From: a virus | Lineage: Duplodnaviria > Caudoviricetes | Direction: 5' to 3' (one strand) | Length of the DNA stretch: 64,000 bases | IMG/VR virus record: IMGVR_UViG_3300042870_001240 | Part shown: in pieces, positions 26,774 through 37,140 of the stretch | Numbering within the stretch: the first letter of the stretch is position 1 | How the letters are laid out: each line of letters opens with the position of its first letter | Made by a program: the position numbers and the translations under genes | Notes under the pieces: model-generated | Database searches by the model: none | Told to the model about the DNA's origin: nothing | Seen by the model: the letters and a program-made list of their open reading frames with translations, nothing else

Positions 26774-27610
26774 ATGTGTATGAGATATATTAACCCAAAT
26801 TCAAGAAGAGGTATTGTTAACAAATTAGCCGATTATATTTTAAGTCAAATAGATAAATCAAAAACAACCCGATTACAGGTAACCGACTTTAAAACATTTT
26901 ATGTTGTCAATGGTAATACCAACTCAGATAAAATATTAGACTTATCGGTAATCAAAGAATCTTTTTACAAAGAAAACAAAGAGGTCTTAACTTCTTTAGG
27001 AGTTAAACAGATTAACCTTATAGACATCATTGAATACAAAGAACCTATTGGTCAATTAGACCACTATTTTGACCTTTATAATAGTGAGAGACCATTATAT
27101 CATCAACATACTATTAATCAAGTAAGAAGTGGATTAGAAAGTCATTATAAACAGAGTCACCTTAATTCAATTAATTATACTAACCGACTTGAGTTAGAGT
27201 TTGATTATCCTTATAACTACACAAACTTAGACACATATAACACCACAGAATTTATGTCAGTATCATCAGAGTTTCCATACGGATATAGTTTGAATATGGG
27301 CAGGTTGGAATTATTTTATTCTGAATATGTTTGTAATCACCTCTTTGCTTCGTTAGCAACCGATAGAATGGAGTTTATGATTACAAAACAAAAAAACGAT
27401 GATGAAGATTTAATTATTTCAGTTAATTCAAACTCAATTTATAGTAAAGAAAAAATCAAATCTTTAATTTTAGATGTATTTGATTTTAATCTTGGGAAGT
27501 TCCAAAGTATGTTTTTAGAGGACTATAATTTAACCACAGAAATTGAGACTCAATTATTTTCCAAGCCGTGGTTAGTTAAAGATAGAAGTTCAGATATAGT
27601 CTTATTTTAA
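26774..27610 (+). CDS. Hypothetical protein, weak MetK N-terminal resemblance
   Basis: GIVNKLADYILS loosely recalls HPDKIADQISD. Confidence 0.35.
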   Translation: MCMRYINPNSRRGIVNKLADYILSQIDKSKTTRLQVTDFKTFYVVNGNTNSDKILDLSVIKESFYKENKEVLTSLGVKQINLIDIIEYKEPIGQLDHYFDLYNSERPLYHQHTINQVRSGLESHYKQSHLNSINYTNRLELEFDYPYNYTNLDTYNTTEFMSVSSEFPYGYSLNMGRLELFYSEYVCNHLFASLATDRMEFMITKQKNDDEDLIISVNSNSIYSKEKIKSLILDVFDFNLGKFQSMFLEDYNLTTEIETQLFSKPWLVKDRSSDIVLF

Positions 27611-28137
27611 ACTCGTTTAGAATAAGAAATAACCTGATAGAAATCCTTAGTCCCATCACAATATTCCTTCATTAAGTTTAATAGATTTTTAAACATGAAA
27701 GCATTTTTAGTTTGTTTCTCACACTTGATGAACAACTCCATTAATCCTGATAAGAACTCTATACTAAACGCTCCCGTATTATCTAACAAATCATACTTCT
27801 CAGTGAAATATTCATTATAAAGAAGTTTATATTCATTTCGTTCTTCTTTAGTTGAAAACGGTTCGACCTTATCGTAAATCTCAATCCATTCTTTAATGTA
27901 GTTAGAGATGTCACTAGGAGAATATTCAGACTTAACGATTAGGTCAACAATCCAATGTGTGTGAGATGGCGCCCGTAAACGTGACTTTATCTTTGTTGAT
28001 TTATATTTGATAATAAAATCTAACTCAGGGTTATCTCCTCGACTACCTTGATAAATTACTAAAAAAGTCCCATCAGATAATTCCCATTGATTTAATGGCG
28101 TATGGGTAACTCCATTTTTATTAAAATTAAGGGTCAT
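27607..28137 (-). CDS. Hypothetical protein
   Basis: 176-aa ORF. Confidence 0.7.
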   Translation of the reverse strand: MTLNFNKNGVTHTPLNQWELSDGTFLVIYQGSRGDNPELDFIIKYKSTKIKSRLRAPSHTHWIVDLIVKSEYSPSDISNYIKEWIEIYDKVEPFSTKEERNEYKLLYNEYFTEKYDLLDNTGAFSIEFLSGLMELFIKCEKQTKNAFMFKNLLNLMKEYCDGTKDFYQVISYSKRV

Positions 28138-28154
28138 CTTAATTATTTAAAAGG

Positions 28155-28439
28155 TTACAACATATATTTTTTAATAATTTCAACTCCTTCAGTAATTTCA
28201 TTGAAGTGTATCTCAGGAGCGAAGACGTGTGATATAGGTATCTCACTCTCATGACCCTCCACAATCATAAATGCCGGAACATAATCACTACCTGTTACCT
28301 CAACAAATAGTTTATGTTCTTCATCATGTTCATCAATATCACGTTCATAATATTCAATGTTTTCCTCAACTAATTGTTCTTTCATCATATCACAAAAAGG
28401 ACACCCTTTCATGGTATACAATATTACTAAATTATCCAT
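28155..28439 (-). CDS. Glutaredoxin-like protein
   Basis: YTMKGCPFC, YVPAF. Confidence 0.85.
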   Translation of the reverse strand: MDNLVILYTMKGCPFCDMMKEQLVEENIEYYERDIDEHDEEHKLFVEVTGSDYVPAFMIVEGHESEIPISHVFAPEIHFNEITEGVEIIKKYML

Positions 28440-28755
28440 TGATTAAATTGTTTATTAATTGTTTAATTTGTGGTTCCATTTGAATACCTGATTGAGTATG
28501 AACTTCTTTACCACCTGAAAATAATTTTACCGTAGGAATTGCTCTAATACCTAACGATGATGAAAATTCTTTATTCTCTTCAACATTTAATGTGAATAAT
28601 TGAACTTCCGAATTTTCATTTCTGTATTGTTCCGAAACTTTTTCAAACATAGGTTTCATTACACGGCATGGTCCACACCATGGGGCCCAGAAGTCAACCA
28701 TTAACTTTTCCCCATTTTCAATTTTTTGTTTTAATTCTTCACTAGTAATTTCCAT
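28432..28755 (-). CDS. trxA: Thioredoxin
   Basis: DFWAPWCGPC, IRAIPT. Confidence 0.92.
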   Translation of the reverse strand: MEITSEELKQKIENGEKLMVDFWAPWCGPCRVMKPMFEKVSEQYRNENSEVQLFTLNVEENKEFSSSLGIRAIPTVKLFSGGKEVHTQSGIQMEPQIKQLINNLING

Positions 28756-28759
28756 AATA

Positions 28760-29071
28760 TTATTTTAATCTTTTTAATGTTTGTATTGAGAATTCAGCCA
28801 CTTCATATCTATCAATTGTGGTTAAGATAAATAGAGTTAACTCTTCATTTATATATATCATGATTCCTGTTGAATCGTAAATTACAAATTTTTCTTTCGT
28901 ATGTTTTTTATTATCATCACCTATAAATTCGTTAATCCAAACTAACTCAGACTTACTTAAAAACTTATTGATTGATTCTCTAGTCTTACTTAGGTTAAGT
29001 TCGATAACCGAGGGATAAGATTTAAACTTATCTATAAAAATATCGATACAATGTTTTGGTATAGTTTCCAT
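28760..29071 (-). CDS. Hypothetical protein
   Basis: 103-aa ORF. Confidence 0.65.
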   Translation of the reverse strand: METIPKHCIDIFIDKFKSYPSVIELNLSKTRESINKFLSKSELVWINEFIGDDNKKHTKEKFVIYDSTGIMIYINEELTLFILTTIDRYEVAEFSIQTLKRLK

Positions 29072-29075
29072 ATTA

Positions 29076-30848
29076 TTAATCTAAATCATTTTCTAATAAA
29101 GGTAAAGGTTCTTCCAAAATTTGAGGAAATGGTAGGTTTCCATAGTTATTAGTCGGTCTGTTGTTTATTCTTGGGTCTTCCCAATCCAATACTTTTGTTG
29201 GTTGTGACCCGTTGAATAGGTAGTGTGGTTTATCAACAAAATGTGACCCCGATTTAAATTCCTTATAACCAATTTTTAAAATAACACCAGGTAATTCAAA
29301 TAATTTGGCCGACATTAATTTACCTATTTTTAAATCCAACATTATTAAGGGTTTTTTCCATTCATCATCTAACCCTTTATTAAACCTACCTAAAGTTTGT
29401 ATACGTTTTAACTTATTCTCCTCAGAAATAGTAAATTCAATTGTCGCCCTTACTTTAGAATCTTGACTACCTTCTCTAAAAGAAATGATTAGTGACGGTG
29501 CTCTGTCAACATATCCTTTAACACAGTTAGATTGTATAAAAGACTCCATATTATACTCCTCAGACGTTTTTAATAATACTGGATAATAGGTAACACCATC
29601 AATATTAAGAGGTTCTTGCACTCTATTTGTAAACTCTTCACCATATATTCTTTCGAATGTTCCCTTAGTGTAAAAAGAAATCTTATCACTCAAAACCATA
29701 TGTTCATTTGTAAAACTGTCGTAGTCTTTAGCATCCCACTTAACAGGTTCAAATTGACGTAATTGGTTTATCATTCTAAAATGGTCATAGTATGTGTTTA
29801 TATCCACATCACCACGTAGAACTTGTTTAAACACCTCAAAAGAATTATTTTTCTCTCTCTTAGATAAGTTTTTTAAATACCCCGTCATTCCTCCGTTAAT
29901 ATATAGGTTACATTCAACAATATCTTGGATTAATTTATCGTCTTGAGACGCCATGAATTCCTTACCAAAAAAATCATTCGTAAACTTGAAAAACTCCAAG
30001 CCTTTAATGTCAGTAACCTTATGTAATACTCTCTTAATCTTATCACCCTGTAACCCATGAATAAACATAAACGCATCCATGAACTTCAATTTATGTTTAA
30101 CATAATCTTTCTTTTTAGGTTGAGGATAAATGTTAATAAATGTATTCCAATTATTTGGGGATTTTATTTTATGTCCATCTAAATACAGTTTAAATAAAAC
30201 CTCATTAGGTGTATACATTTTATATTTCTCAGTATTAGGGATGTTGTCTATAAAATGTGTAATCACATCGTTTACAACAGTATTATTAATTAATAGTTCA
30301 GGAGTCTTTTCTAAGACAAATCTAACCATATTAGACAATACACCCAACATTCCATTAAGAGAACCATCATAAAAACAATTACGTTTAACTCTTTTAGTGA
30401 ACTTCCTTTTCTTATGGTAATTAATTATATGTCCAGAATATAGGGAATGAGTTATGTAATTGAATGTTATGTACTTTACCTTGGTCGACACTCTGAAATA
30501 AGGTTTACCCCGCATCCGAGTTCTTTGATATTCAAAAAATTTAATCGCAACTTTCTTATCATCTTTAGTTACAACAACTGTTGGTCGATAAATGTTAACA
30601 GATGCCATAGGATTACCATAGTTTTCAACAAAATCTTCCTCAGTATATAACGATTTATCAAAAGTCCATTTAGGATGTTTTGAACTATACATCTCACTGT
30701 CTCTCGTTTTAACCACAGGCATGCCAAAAAGGTTATCCTCATTCTCAACACTAAACTCCTCAGTCTCAAGGTTTTCGTTATACTCATTATAGTTTTTAAA
30801 CATATTTGTAGTATAAATAGAATGTGTAAATTTATATATATCCGCCAT
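29076..30848 (-). CDS. PcfJ-like domain protein
   Basis: EEYNMESFIQSNCVKGY...ISFR...RATIEF...IQTLGRFN. Confidence 0.75.
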   Translation of the reverse strand: MADIYKFTHSIYTTNMFKNYNEYNENLETEEFSVENEDNLFGMPVVKTRDSEMYSSKHPKWTFDKSLYTEEDFVENYGNPMASVNIYRPTVVVTKDDKKVAIKFFEYQRTRMRGKPYFRVSTKVKYITFNYITHSLYSGHIINYHKKRKFTKRVKRNCFYDGSLNGMLGVLSNMVRFVLEKTPELLINNTVVNDVITHFIDNIPNTEKYKMYTPNEVLFKLYLDGHKIKSPNNWNTFINIYPQPKKKDYVKHKLKFMDAFMFIHGLQGDKIKRVLHKVTDIKGLEFFKFTNDFFGKEFMASQDDKLIQDIVECNLYINGGMTGYLKNLSKREKNNSFEVFKQVLRGDVDINTYYDHFRMINQLRQFEPVKWDAKDYDSFTNEHMVLSDKISFYTKGTFERIYGEEFTNRVQEPLNIDGVTYYPVLLKTSEEYNMESFIQSNCVKGYVDRAPSLIISFREGSQDSKVRATIEFTISEENKLKRIQTLGRFNKGLDDEWKKPLIMLDLKIGKLMSAKLFELPGVILKIGYKEFKSGSHFVDKPHYLFNGSQPTKVLDWEDPRINNRPTNNYGNLPFPQILEEPLPLLENDLD

Positions 30849-30863
30849 AGGTAATTATAAAAT

Positions 30864-30882
30864 GGAGGGGAAACTCCCCTCC
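30864..30882. terminator. Intrinsic terminator
   Basis: GGAGGGG-AAACT-CCCCTCC. Confidence 0.65.
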
Positions 30883-30887
30883 TTGTA

Positions 30888-31679
30888 TTAATATGAAAAT
30901 TGTTCAGCTAGCTCCCAAAGTTTGGTGTTAATTTTATTAACCACCATAATATCTTTTAATCCTTTCAATGTTGTGGTTCTCCCACGATTTGATTTGTATT
31001 CAAGACCACCACTAATAAAGTTCTCTTGAATCACGTTGAATACTGTCCATAGGTCGTTCTTGTTGTCCTCTTCTCGTTTAGGATACATGATTGCCATAAC
31101 ATCCAAACTTGCCGGTACTGTACCAGTTTTCCAACGGACATTGATTGCTTGTTTAACAAACTTAATTTTTTCAGGTGTTGTTAACTCCTTACTCATCATT
31201 CGGTCAACCGATGATTGGATAAGTGGTAAACGTCCCGCAAAACTATCTGTAAGTTGTTTTACCTCATCCAAATTGAATCTTTGGTGTCTAAGGTTAAATG
31301 ATTCTGAAAGTGACGTAGGAACAGTTAAACCGTTACTACAAACCAATCTATGAAGTCCAGCACTTACAGAGAAGGTAGCCATACCATTATGTGAATTACG
31401 GATGATTGCCTCAACCAAACAGTCCCCAACTTTTGGAAGTTCTCCATTACGAAGTCTTAGTTCGTGGACACCGTGAACCTTACGGCCAGTTTGTTTTACA
31501 GATGAAAGTTCCCACCCTTGTTTTTGGAAGTTCTCCAAGATATCCATGGTAGGTACGAAAACATACTTGTCGGACATTTTAGGTGATGGTGTGGTTGAGA
31601 AGATTGCAGGTGCGGTAGATTTAATTTGTTCGATAGTCATCATATGTTTCTGTTTTAATATTAGAATACAAAAATACAC
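30888..31679 (-). CDS. DUF932 family protein
   Basis: SDKYVFVPT...NSHNG...AGLHRLVCSNGL...LWTVFNVIQE. Confidence 0.85.
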   Translation of the reverse strand: MYFCILILKQKHMMTIEQIKSTAPAIFSTTPSPKMSDKYVFVPTMDILENFQKQGWELSSVKQTGRKVHGVHELRLRNGELPKVGDCLVEAIIRNSHNGMATFSVSAGLHRLVCSNGLTVPTSLSESFNLRHQRFNLDEVKQLTDSFAGRLPLIQSSVDRMMSKELTTPEKIKFVKQAINVRWKTGTVPASLDVMAIMYPKREEDNKNDLWTVFNVIQENFISGGLEYKSNRGRTTTLKGLKDIMVVNKINTKLWELAEQFSY

Positions 31680-31699
31680 TAATTTTCAATTAAAACAAA
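31669..31699 (-). promoter_or_regulatory. Bacteroidota-type promoter
   Basis: TTTG-N19-TATTTTTG; implies the real start is the MMTIEQ Met. Confidence 0.6.
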
Positions 31700-31700
31700 A

Positions 31701-31991
31701 CTAATTTAAAAAAATTGAACCGAATTTGGTTTCTTGTACGATACTATGTAATTTGGTTTTATCATACTCAATTGACTTAACCTTTTTAAGTTCAACAACA
31801 ATATTGATAATCTGTTTCTGAGTTAATGAAACTTCATCACCAACTTCACTATTCTTTATACATTGTTCCCTAACTTTTTCATAAAAAGATTCTTTCAATA
31901 AATCACCAATAAGGTCGATTAAATCATTAGGATTCTTATCAAAAAAAGTTATCAATTGGTTTACATATATATTAATATCAATATTACTCAT
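31701..31991 (-). CDS. Hypothetical protein
   Basis: 96-aa ORF. Confidence 0.7.
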   Translation of the reverse strand: MSNIDINIYVNQLITFFDKNPNDLIDLIGDLLKESFYEKVREQCIKNSEVGDEVSLTQKQIINIVVELKKVKSIEYDKTKLHSIVQETKFGSIFLN

Positions 31992-32020
31992 AACACTACT
32001 TTTTTATAAAGGTATTAAAA

Positions 32021-33406
32021 TTAAGTCACATAATAAAATCCATTACCTTCATTACTTAATTTTTCTTGTAATGCTGGTGGTATCTTAACATTAGGGTTAC
32101 TGTCTTTCAAGTTAATAAAAGCTAACCCATCAATATTACCGATTCCAACAGGTAATGAAACTAAGTGTTTGTTATTAGGTAAAGCTAAGAAATTTAAGTT
32201 AGTTAATTTACCAATACTTTCAGGTAATGACTTAACAATATTTTGTAATAACAACGCTTGTAATGATGTAAATCGACCTAATGACTCAGGTACAACTAAC
32301 GCAATATCTTCTTTAGATTTATTATTAATCAATAAATGTTCAATATTTTGAGGTAAACTGTCGAATAAATCATCAAATCCGTATAACGCAACGAATTTAC
32401 CTGCCGAACTGTCAGGATAGTTAATTTCAACTTTAGTACCAGCTGCGTTAACCAAACCTTTTGCGAACTCAGGTTTAAAGAACTCTTTTAAATCAGACAT
32501 AGGTCCGTTTAGATATTCAACAAGATTGATTTGTCTATCATGTCTATCCATATATTGATTTGATGGAAAATGGAATTGGAATCTCTCTTGAGGTAATCCT
32601 GTCTTTTTACCAACTAACCCTTTATCATCGTTAGGGAATATTACATATAATGGACCATCTTTAATGTATCCGTTGAAATAAGATAAACCTGGTGATGATG
32701 TACACCATCTTGATTCTCCTTGGTCATATTCATGGAAACCACCATAATAAATAGCAGCATCTTTACCAACTTGACCTTGGTCCTTAATACGAATCATTGT
32801 CCACTTAGGACCTTCGTAAATAATCTCACCACCCGCGTGATTGAATCCTTCTCTCGATTTCTTAGCTTCTTTTTTCTCCATCTCCGCTTTTTTCTTTTCG
32901 GGGATTTGGAAATTTTGTAACGTATCAAATAAAGTTCTTGGTGTGAACTTATTAATATCTCTTTGTTCTTGTGGAAGATACGCTTTCGCTCTTTCAAATT
33001 TTTTCAAATCATCAGTAGTCTTATATAAATCCTCAAGGAACAATTTTCTGAATTCCATAGTAGCGTTTTTATATACTTTACTATCACGGTCAATTTCTTG
33101 GTCCGCAGGTAATTCTAATTCAGACATACTAGGATTAACAAAGTTTTTCAATAACCATTGAGCATATTTTCCAACTTTGACAGGTTCCATATCATTTTCT
33201 GTAGCACCTTCAACGTTAAATCCTTCAGGAGCTTTAGTTGTTGGGTCAGCAAATATAATTGTTTTTAATGTTTCGAAGTCCATTAAACCTTTTGCCTTAG
33301 TCTTTTTCTTATCAGGACTAACAGGCGGCTTAACCATTTTGTCAAATAATACTTGAAATCTTGATTGTTCCAAGATTAAATTAGATAATAGTGATGTAAT
33401 TCTCAT
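32021..33406 (-). CDS. Protein with PcfJ-related WCT domain and C-terminal leucine-rich repeats
   Basis: RWCTSS...GPLYVI...QFHF; LPESIGKLTNLNFLALPNNKHLVSLP. Confidence 0.65.
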   Translation of the reverse strand: MRITSLLSNLILEQSRFQVLFDKMVKPPVSPDKKKTKAKGLMDFETLKTIIFADPTTKAPEGFNVEGATENDMEPVKVGKYAQWLLKNFVNPSMSELELPADQEIDRDSKVYKNATMEFRKLFLEDLYKTTDDLKKFERAKAYLPQEQRDINKFTPRTLFDTLQNFQIPEKKKAEMEKKEAKKSREGFNHAGGEIIYEGPKWTMIRIKDQGQVGKDAAIYYGGFHEYDQGESRWCTSSPGLSYFNGYIKDGPLYVIFPNDDKGLVGKKTGLPQERFQFHFPSNQYMDRHDRQINLVEYLNGPMSDLKEFFKPEFAKGLVNAAGTKVEINYPDSSAGKFVALYGFDDLFDSLPQNIEHLLINNKSKEDIALVVPESLGRFTSLQALLLQNIVKSLPESIGKLTNLNFLALPNNKHLVSLPVGIGNIDGLAFINLKDSNPNVKIPPALQEKLSNEGNGFYYVT

Positions 33407-33459
33407 TTTACAGGTTTTTTATTATATAAATATTAGGTGAAAAGAAATAATCCAATTTT

Positions 33460-34314
33460 TTAGTAGTTCATTATTAAAAGTTCTTCTCCCATAGTTTGAG
33501 GTTTACCTTTTTTTGCAGCAGCAGCCTTAGCAAATTCCTTTGTCTCCCACTTATATTGGTCTTTAGGAAACCATTCAGATAATATTGGAAAATCATAATA
33601 CGATAATGAGAACCTCCCTTTAATACTTTTTAAACAATTCGCCAATCTTTCGTGGTCTTGTCTTCCAAAATCGTGGTTAGAATAATAATTCCCTTCTCCA
33701 ACAATATAATACGGCGGGTCAACATAAAAATAAGTTGTCGGAGCGTCATATTTCTCAATCACCTCTTGAAAATCCATATTTTCAACGAAAGTAATTCTTT
33801 CAAACATTTTTTGCCACTCAGGTTTTTTTAATTTATTTTTAAATGAAGTAAATTTTGAATGGTATTTACCTTTTAAATCAATAAACTTTGATTTAGAAGG
33901 ATTTGACCCCGAAAACACTTGAGTTAAAACGTAAATATATTTTGCGGCAACAACATAATCGTAATCCTCTACTCTGAAACTTTCATCAAATATTTCAGAC
34001 TGAAACCTGACAAATTGTTCACCACAAATCGGATTAGTCGGAAAAACCTCCTTTTCTTGAACCACTAATTTTTCACATTCTTCAAGTAATCTTTGATGGT
34101 TCTTCTGTAAACATTGATACATATTATAGTTCAATGGATTAAAATCATTATAGACTACCGTTTTAAGATTTGGGTAATCCTCTAAATTCATTTTAAAAAA
34201 CGTCCAAAATTGACCGCTAAACGACTCGACAAATGTCTCAATGTCTTTAGGTATATTTGGAATTATTAATTGTGGAGCAATTTTAGATTTACCACCTACA
34301 TAGGATACACACAT
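33460..34314 (-). CDS. dam: Dam-like DNA adenine methylase
   Basis: YVGGKS, FVESFSG, YNDFN, FYVDPPY, FSLSY. Confidence 0.85.
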   Translation of the reverse strand: MCVSYVGGKSKIAPQLIIPNIPKDIETFVESFSGQFWTFFKMNLEDYPNLKTVVYNDFNPLNYNMYQCLQKNHQRLLEECEKLVVQEKEVFPTNPICGEQFVRFQSEIFDESFRVEDYDYVVAAKYIYVLTQVFSGSNPSKSKFIDLKGKYHSKFTSFKNKLKKPEWQKMFERITFVENMDFQEVIEKYDAPTTYFYVDPPYYIVGEGNYYSNHDFGRQDHERLANCLKSIKGRFSLSYYDFPILSEWFPKDQYKWETKEFAKAAAAKKGKPQTMGEELLIMNY

Positions 34315-34325
34315 ATTATATTATT

Positions 34326-34490
34326 TTATTTTTTTAAATTATCTACCGTCCATAATGGTTGTTGATTATCTAACGAGTTAATAATAGATATTTTTTCTGA
34401 TTTATCAAACTTTGAGACAGGTTTTATATGGTCAATATGCCACTCACCCCAATTATCTCAAGATATTCTATCTGTAAATTTTTTTCCATA
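34326..34490 (-). pseudogene. HNH homing endonuclease remnant
   Basis: KKFTDRIS*DNWGEWHIDHIKPVSKF...DNQQPLWTVDNLKK*, in frame behind the TGA of the upstream GT. Confidence 0.75.
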
Positions 34491-35081
34491 TTCCTGATTA
34501 ACAGGATTTGTTTTTAATTTATTATAATAGGATATTGGTTGATTCCATATTCCGCATTTTTTCCCATAAAATTCATATACCGAATCCCAAAATAAAAAGT
34601 CCTTATGATTTTTTCCTTCAATGTGCTTTGAAGGCCATCTAAGTTCTTTAAGACATGAATAGTGTGATAAAACGTTTCCAGTATCAATTTTATTAAAAAC
34701 AGGTTTACTTGCTATTAATCTTAATTTTCCGCAGTAATTTAATTGTTCACCTATTAACATCCCAATAAAATTATGTTCTACACAATCAACATATTTCATA
34801 TACATATTTTCGTGAAAAATAGTATCATCGTCTAATAAACAAAAATACCCATCTTTAATATTATCAAAAACGGCGTTTCTTTTAGAAGTTGTATCAGTAT
34901 CTTCACAATCAACATTATATAATCTAATTCTATTATCTTTTTTTAAAAAATCATAATCCAATTCTTCTCGTTTATTTGATTTTGAGATATGCCAAGTTAT
35001 ATCGTCATTTATGAGTATTGAATTATAAACTTGTTCTAATAAATTAAAACGATAAAGTGGGGTTATAATGTGTAATTTCAT
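34458..35081 (-). CDS. Glycosyltransferase family 2-like
   Basis: IITP, KRN, FCLLDDDT, IDTGN. Confidence 0.65.
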   Translation of the reverse strand: MKLHIITPLYRFNLLEQVYNSILINDDITWHISKSNKREELDYDFLKKDNRIRLYNVDCEDTDTTSKRNAVFDNIKDGYFCLLDDDTIFHENMYMKYVDCVEHNFIGMLIGEQLNYCGKLRLIASKPVFNKIDTGNVLSHYSCLKELRWPSKHIEGKNHKDFLFWDSVYEFYGKKCGIWNQPISYYNKLKTNPVNQEYGKKFTDRIS

Positions 35082-35707
35082 TGTGTATATATTTTAAACT
35101 TAGATAAATCAGGATATGGTAATTCAATATCATCATTCATCTTTTTATTACCATCATAATCATAAAATTGATTCATCATTAATAAACCTCTAGCCGATAA
35201 TTCAGGCATCATATAAAAATTCCAACCTAACATATAAAATTCATCATCGTGATAAGAACATTCTCCACGACCACTAAACCTAGCCCGTTTAAACCATTCA
35301 TATGCCTTAATATCATCGGTTAGTATTGCCCCACCTTTTGATAGTTTTAAATGTTTATATGGCCCCGTAAATGAAATACACATATGCGTATTAGGTATAA
35401 ACATATTAGCGGTAAATCTTAATGCCGAATCCCATACTTTTGTTGGTTTTAACTGATAAGCCCCCTTCAATTTTTCACCATCAATTTTATAAAATTTAAC
35501 TTTACCACCAGCATGTATAATTTCACAAGGTACTGATGGGTATGTCCTGTTAGGGATTTCAATTTCTTTTCCTTTTATGTTTTCATAATATAATGACAAA
35601 AACAACGCATTGCTTTGATTGTCAACAGTCACCACATATGGAGCACCAGTATAATCGGAAATCTTTTTTTCAAACTCCTCAGTTATTTTATATACCCCTT
35701 CAGCCAT
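35078..35707 (-). CDS. DegT/DnrJ-type PLP aminotransferase (short)
   Basis: FEKKISDYTGAPYV, TYPSVP, SFTGPYKHL, GWNFYM. Confidence 0.8.
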   Translation of the reverse strand: MAEGVYKITEEFEKKISDYTGAPYVVTVDNQSNALFLSLYYENIKGKEIEIPNRTYPSVPCEIIHAGGKVKFYKIDGEKLKGAYQLKPTKVWDSALRFTANMFIPNTHMCISFTGPYKHLKLSKGGAILTDDIKAYEWFKRARFSGRGECSYHDDEFYMLGWNFYMMPELSARGLLMMNQFYDYDGNKKMNDDIELPYPDLSKFKIYTQ

Positions 35708-36341
35708 TTTTTCTAATTATTTTACAAGGGTTTCCATATGCAACCACATTGTCAGGAATGTCTTTAGTAACTACTGAACCCGCACCAATAATGGTATTAT
35801 TACCAATCTTAATACCATCAATAATATTTGTTCCAATACCAATTTGACAACCTTCACCAATTACTACATTACCAGCGATATTAACACCAGGATTTATTGT
35901 TGTGTATTCACCAATTACGGTATGATGACCAATACTAACATTTCTATTAATAAATACAAAATCACCAATCGTTGTGTGACCAGCAATACTTACCAAAGTA
36001 TTAACAACTATCCCCCTACCTAATTTAACTGTCTGAGATATATCAGAGTTATCCGATATTAGGTTAACCAAAAGAGTGTCTTTATTTACCTCGAATACAT
36101 TACTAACTATTTTTCTCATTTTAACCTTACCAACTCCCAAGGTAACCATTTTGTTATTGATATCCACATCATTAATAATTTCGATATTGAACTTGGGATG
36201 TTCGTATTTTTTTGTTGGTAATAATCCCAAGTTATTGATGATTTCAATGGATGGATAAAGACCTTTTGAATTCAAAATATCTAATAACATTGTTAATGTC
36301 GCCTCACTAAATCCAAGTATTGTTAATTTTTCTATTTCCAT
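35700..36341 (-). CDS. PglD/NeuD-type sugar acetyltransferase
   Basis: Hexapeptide repeats; IGHH; VVAYGNPCK. Confidence 0.85.
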   Translation of the reverse strand: MEIEKLTILGFSEATLTMLLDILNSKGLYPSIEIINNLGLLPTKKYEHPKFNIEIINDVDINNKMVTLGVGKVKMRKIVSNVFEVNKDTLLVNLISDNSDISQTVKLGRGIVVNTLVSIAGHTTIGDFVFINRNVSIGHHTVIGEYTTINPGVNIAGNVVIGEGCQIGIGTNIIDGIKIGNNTIIGAGSVVTKDIPDNVVAYGNPCKIIRKNG

Positions 36342-37140
36342 AACCTAAGTTTTTAAAATTTAATGGAGATATAACACCCAATCCCATTTCGTCCATTATC
36401 TTACGAATTCTTTGTAATAATTTAACATTAGTTGTTTTGACTTTATCTGTGTAGTATAAATTATCCTCCAAACCAATTCTAATTCCGTCAGCATATAATA
36501 AACCTAACAGATTAGACGACAATTGTTCTTTACCTATACCACCCAAACATAATAAACTATTATTAGGTTTATTTTGAATTATCGAATTGAGTGATGCAAC
36601 ATCTGATTGTGCGTTATACATATTACCCAATATAACATTAATGTAATGAGGACCCGTTAAGACACCTTTTTTAATCAAATAATTGGTGTAGTTTAACATT
36701 CCTGAATCAAAACATTCGATTTCAGGAATAACACCAAATTCATCCATTTTTTGGATTAATTTCAAAATAGTATCAGGAGAATTAATTGATTCACCTGTCG
36801 GGAAATTTAATGAGGACATGGTTAATGACCCCATATCGGGAAGTAATTCTAAGACTTCAGTCCTTCTGTCAATATTTGGTTCGAATCTACCAGTTAAAGA
36901 TACACATATAGATAAATCAGGACAATGTTTTCTAATCCCTTCTATAATGGGTCTATAGTGATTTTTGTCACTACTATTATTTAATGTCTCAGGGTCTCTG
37001 GCGTGAATATGCACCATCGTAATACCATATTCATACGCCTCATGAACCTCATCAATTATTTCAGATGGTAATAACGGAGCAAAAGAATTATCTCTTGTCG
37101 TTTGTGTTCCTGTTGGTGTGAAATTGATTATTTTATTCAT
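36307..37140 (-). CDS. BKACE (3-keto-5-aminohexanoate cleavage enzyme) family
   Basis: NFTPTG, VHIHARD, MGSL, PEIEC, RIGLEDN; probable start MNKIIN at 37140. Confidence 0.85.
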   Translation of the reverse strand: MNKIINFTPTGTQTTRDNSFAPLLPSEIIDEVHEAYEYGITMVHIHARDPETLNNSSDKNHYRPIIEGIRKHCPDLSICVSLTGRFEPNIDRRTEVLELLPDMGSLTMSSLNFPTGESINSPDTILKLIQKMDEFGVIPEIECFDSGMLNYTNYLIKKGVLTGPHYINVILGNMYNAQSDVASLNSIIQNKPNNSLLCLGGIGKEQLSSNLLGLLYADGIRIGLEDNLYYTDKVKTTNVKLLQRIRKIMDEMGLGVISPLNFKNLGYGNRKINNTWI

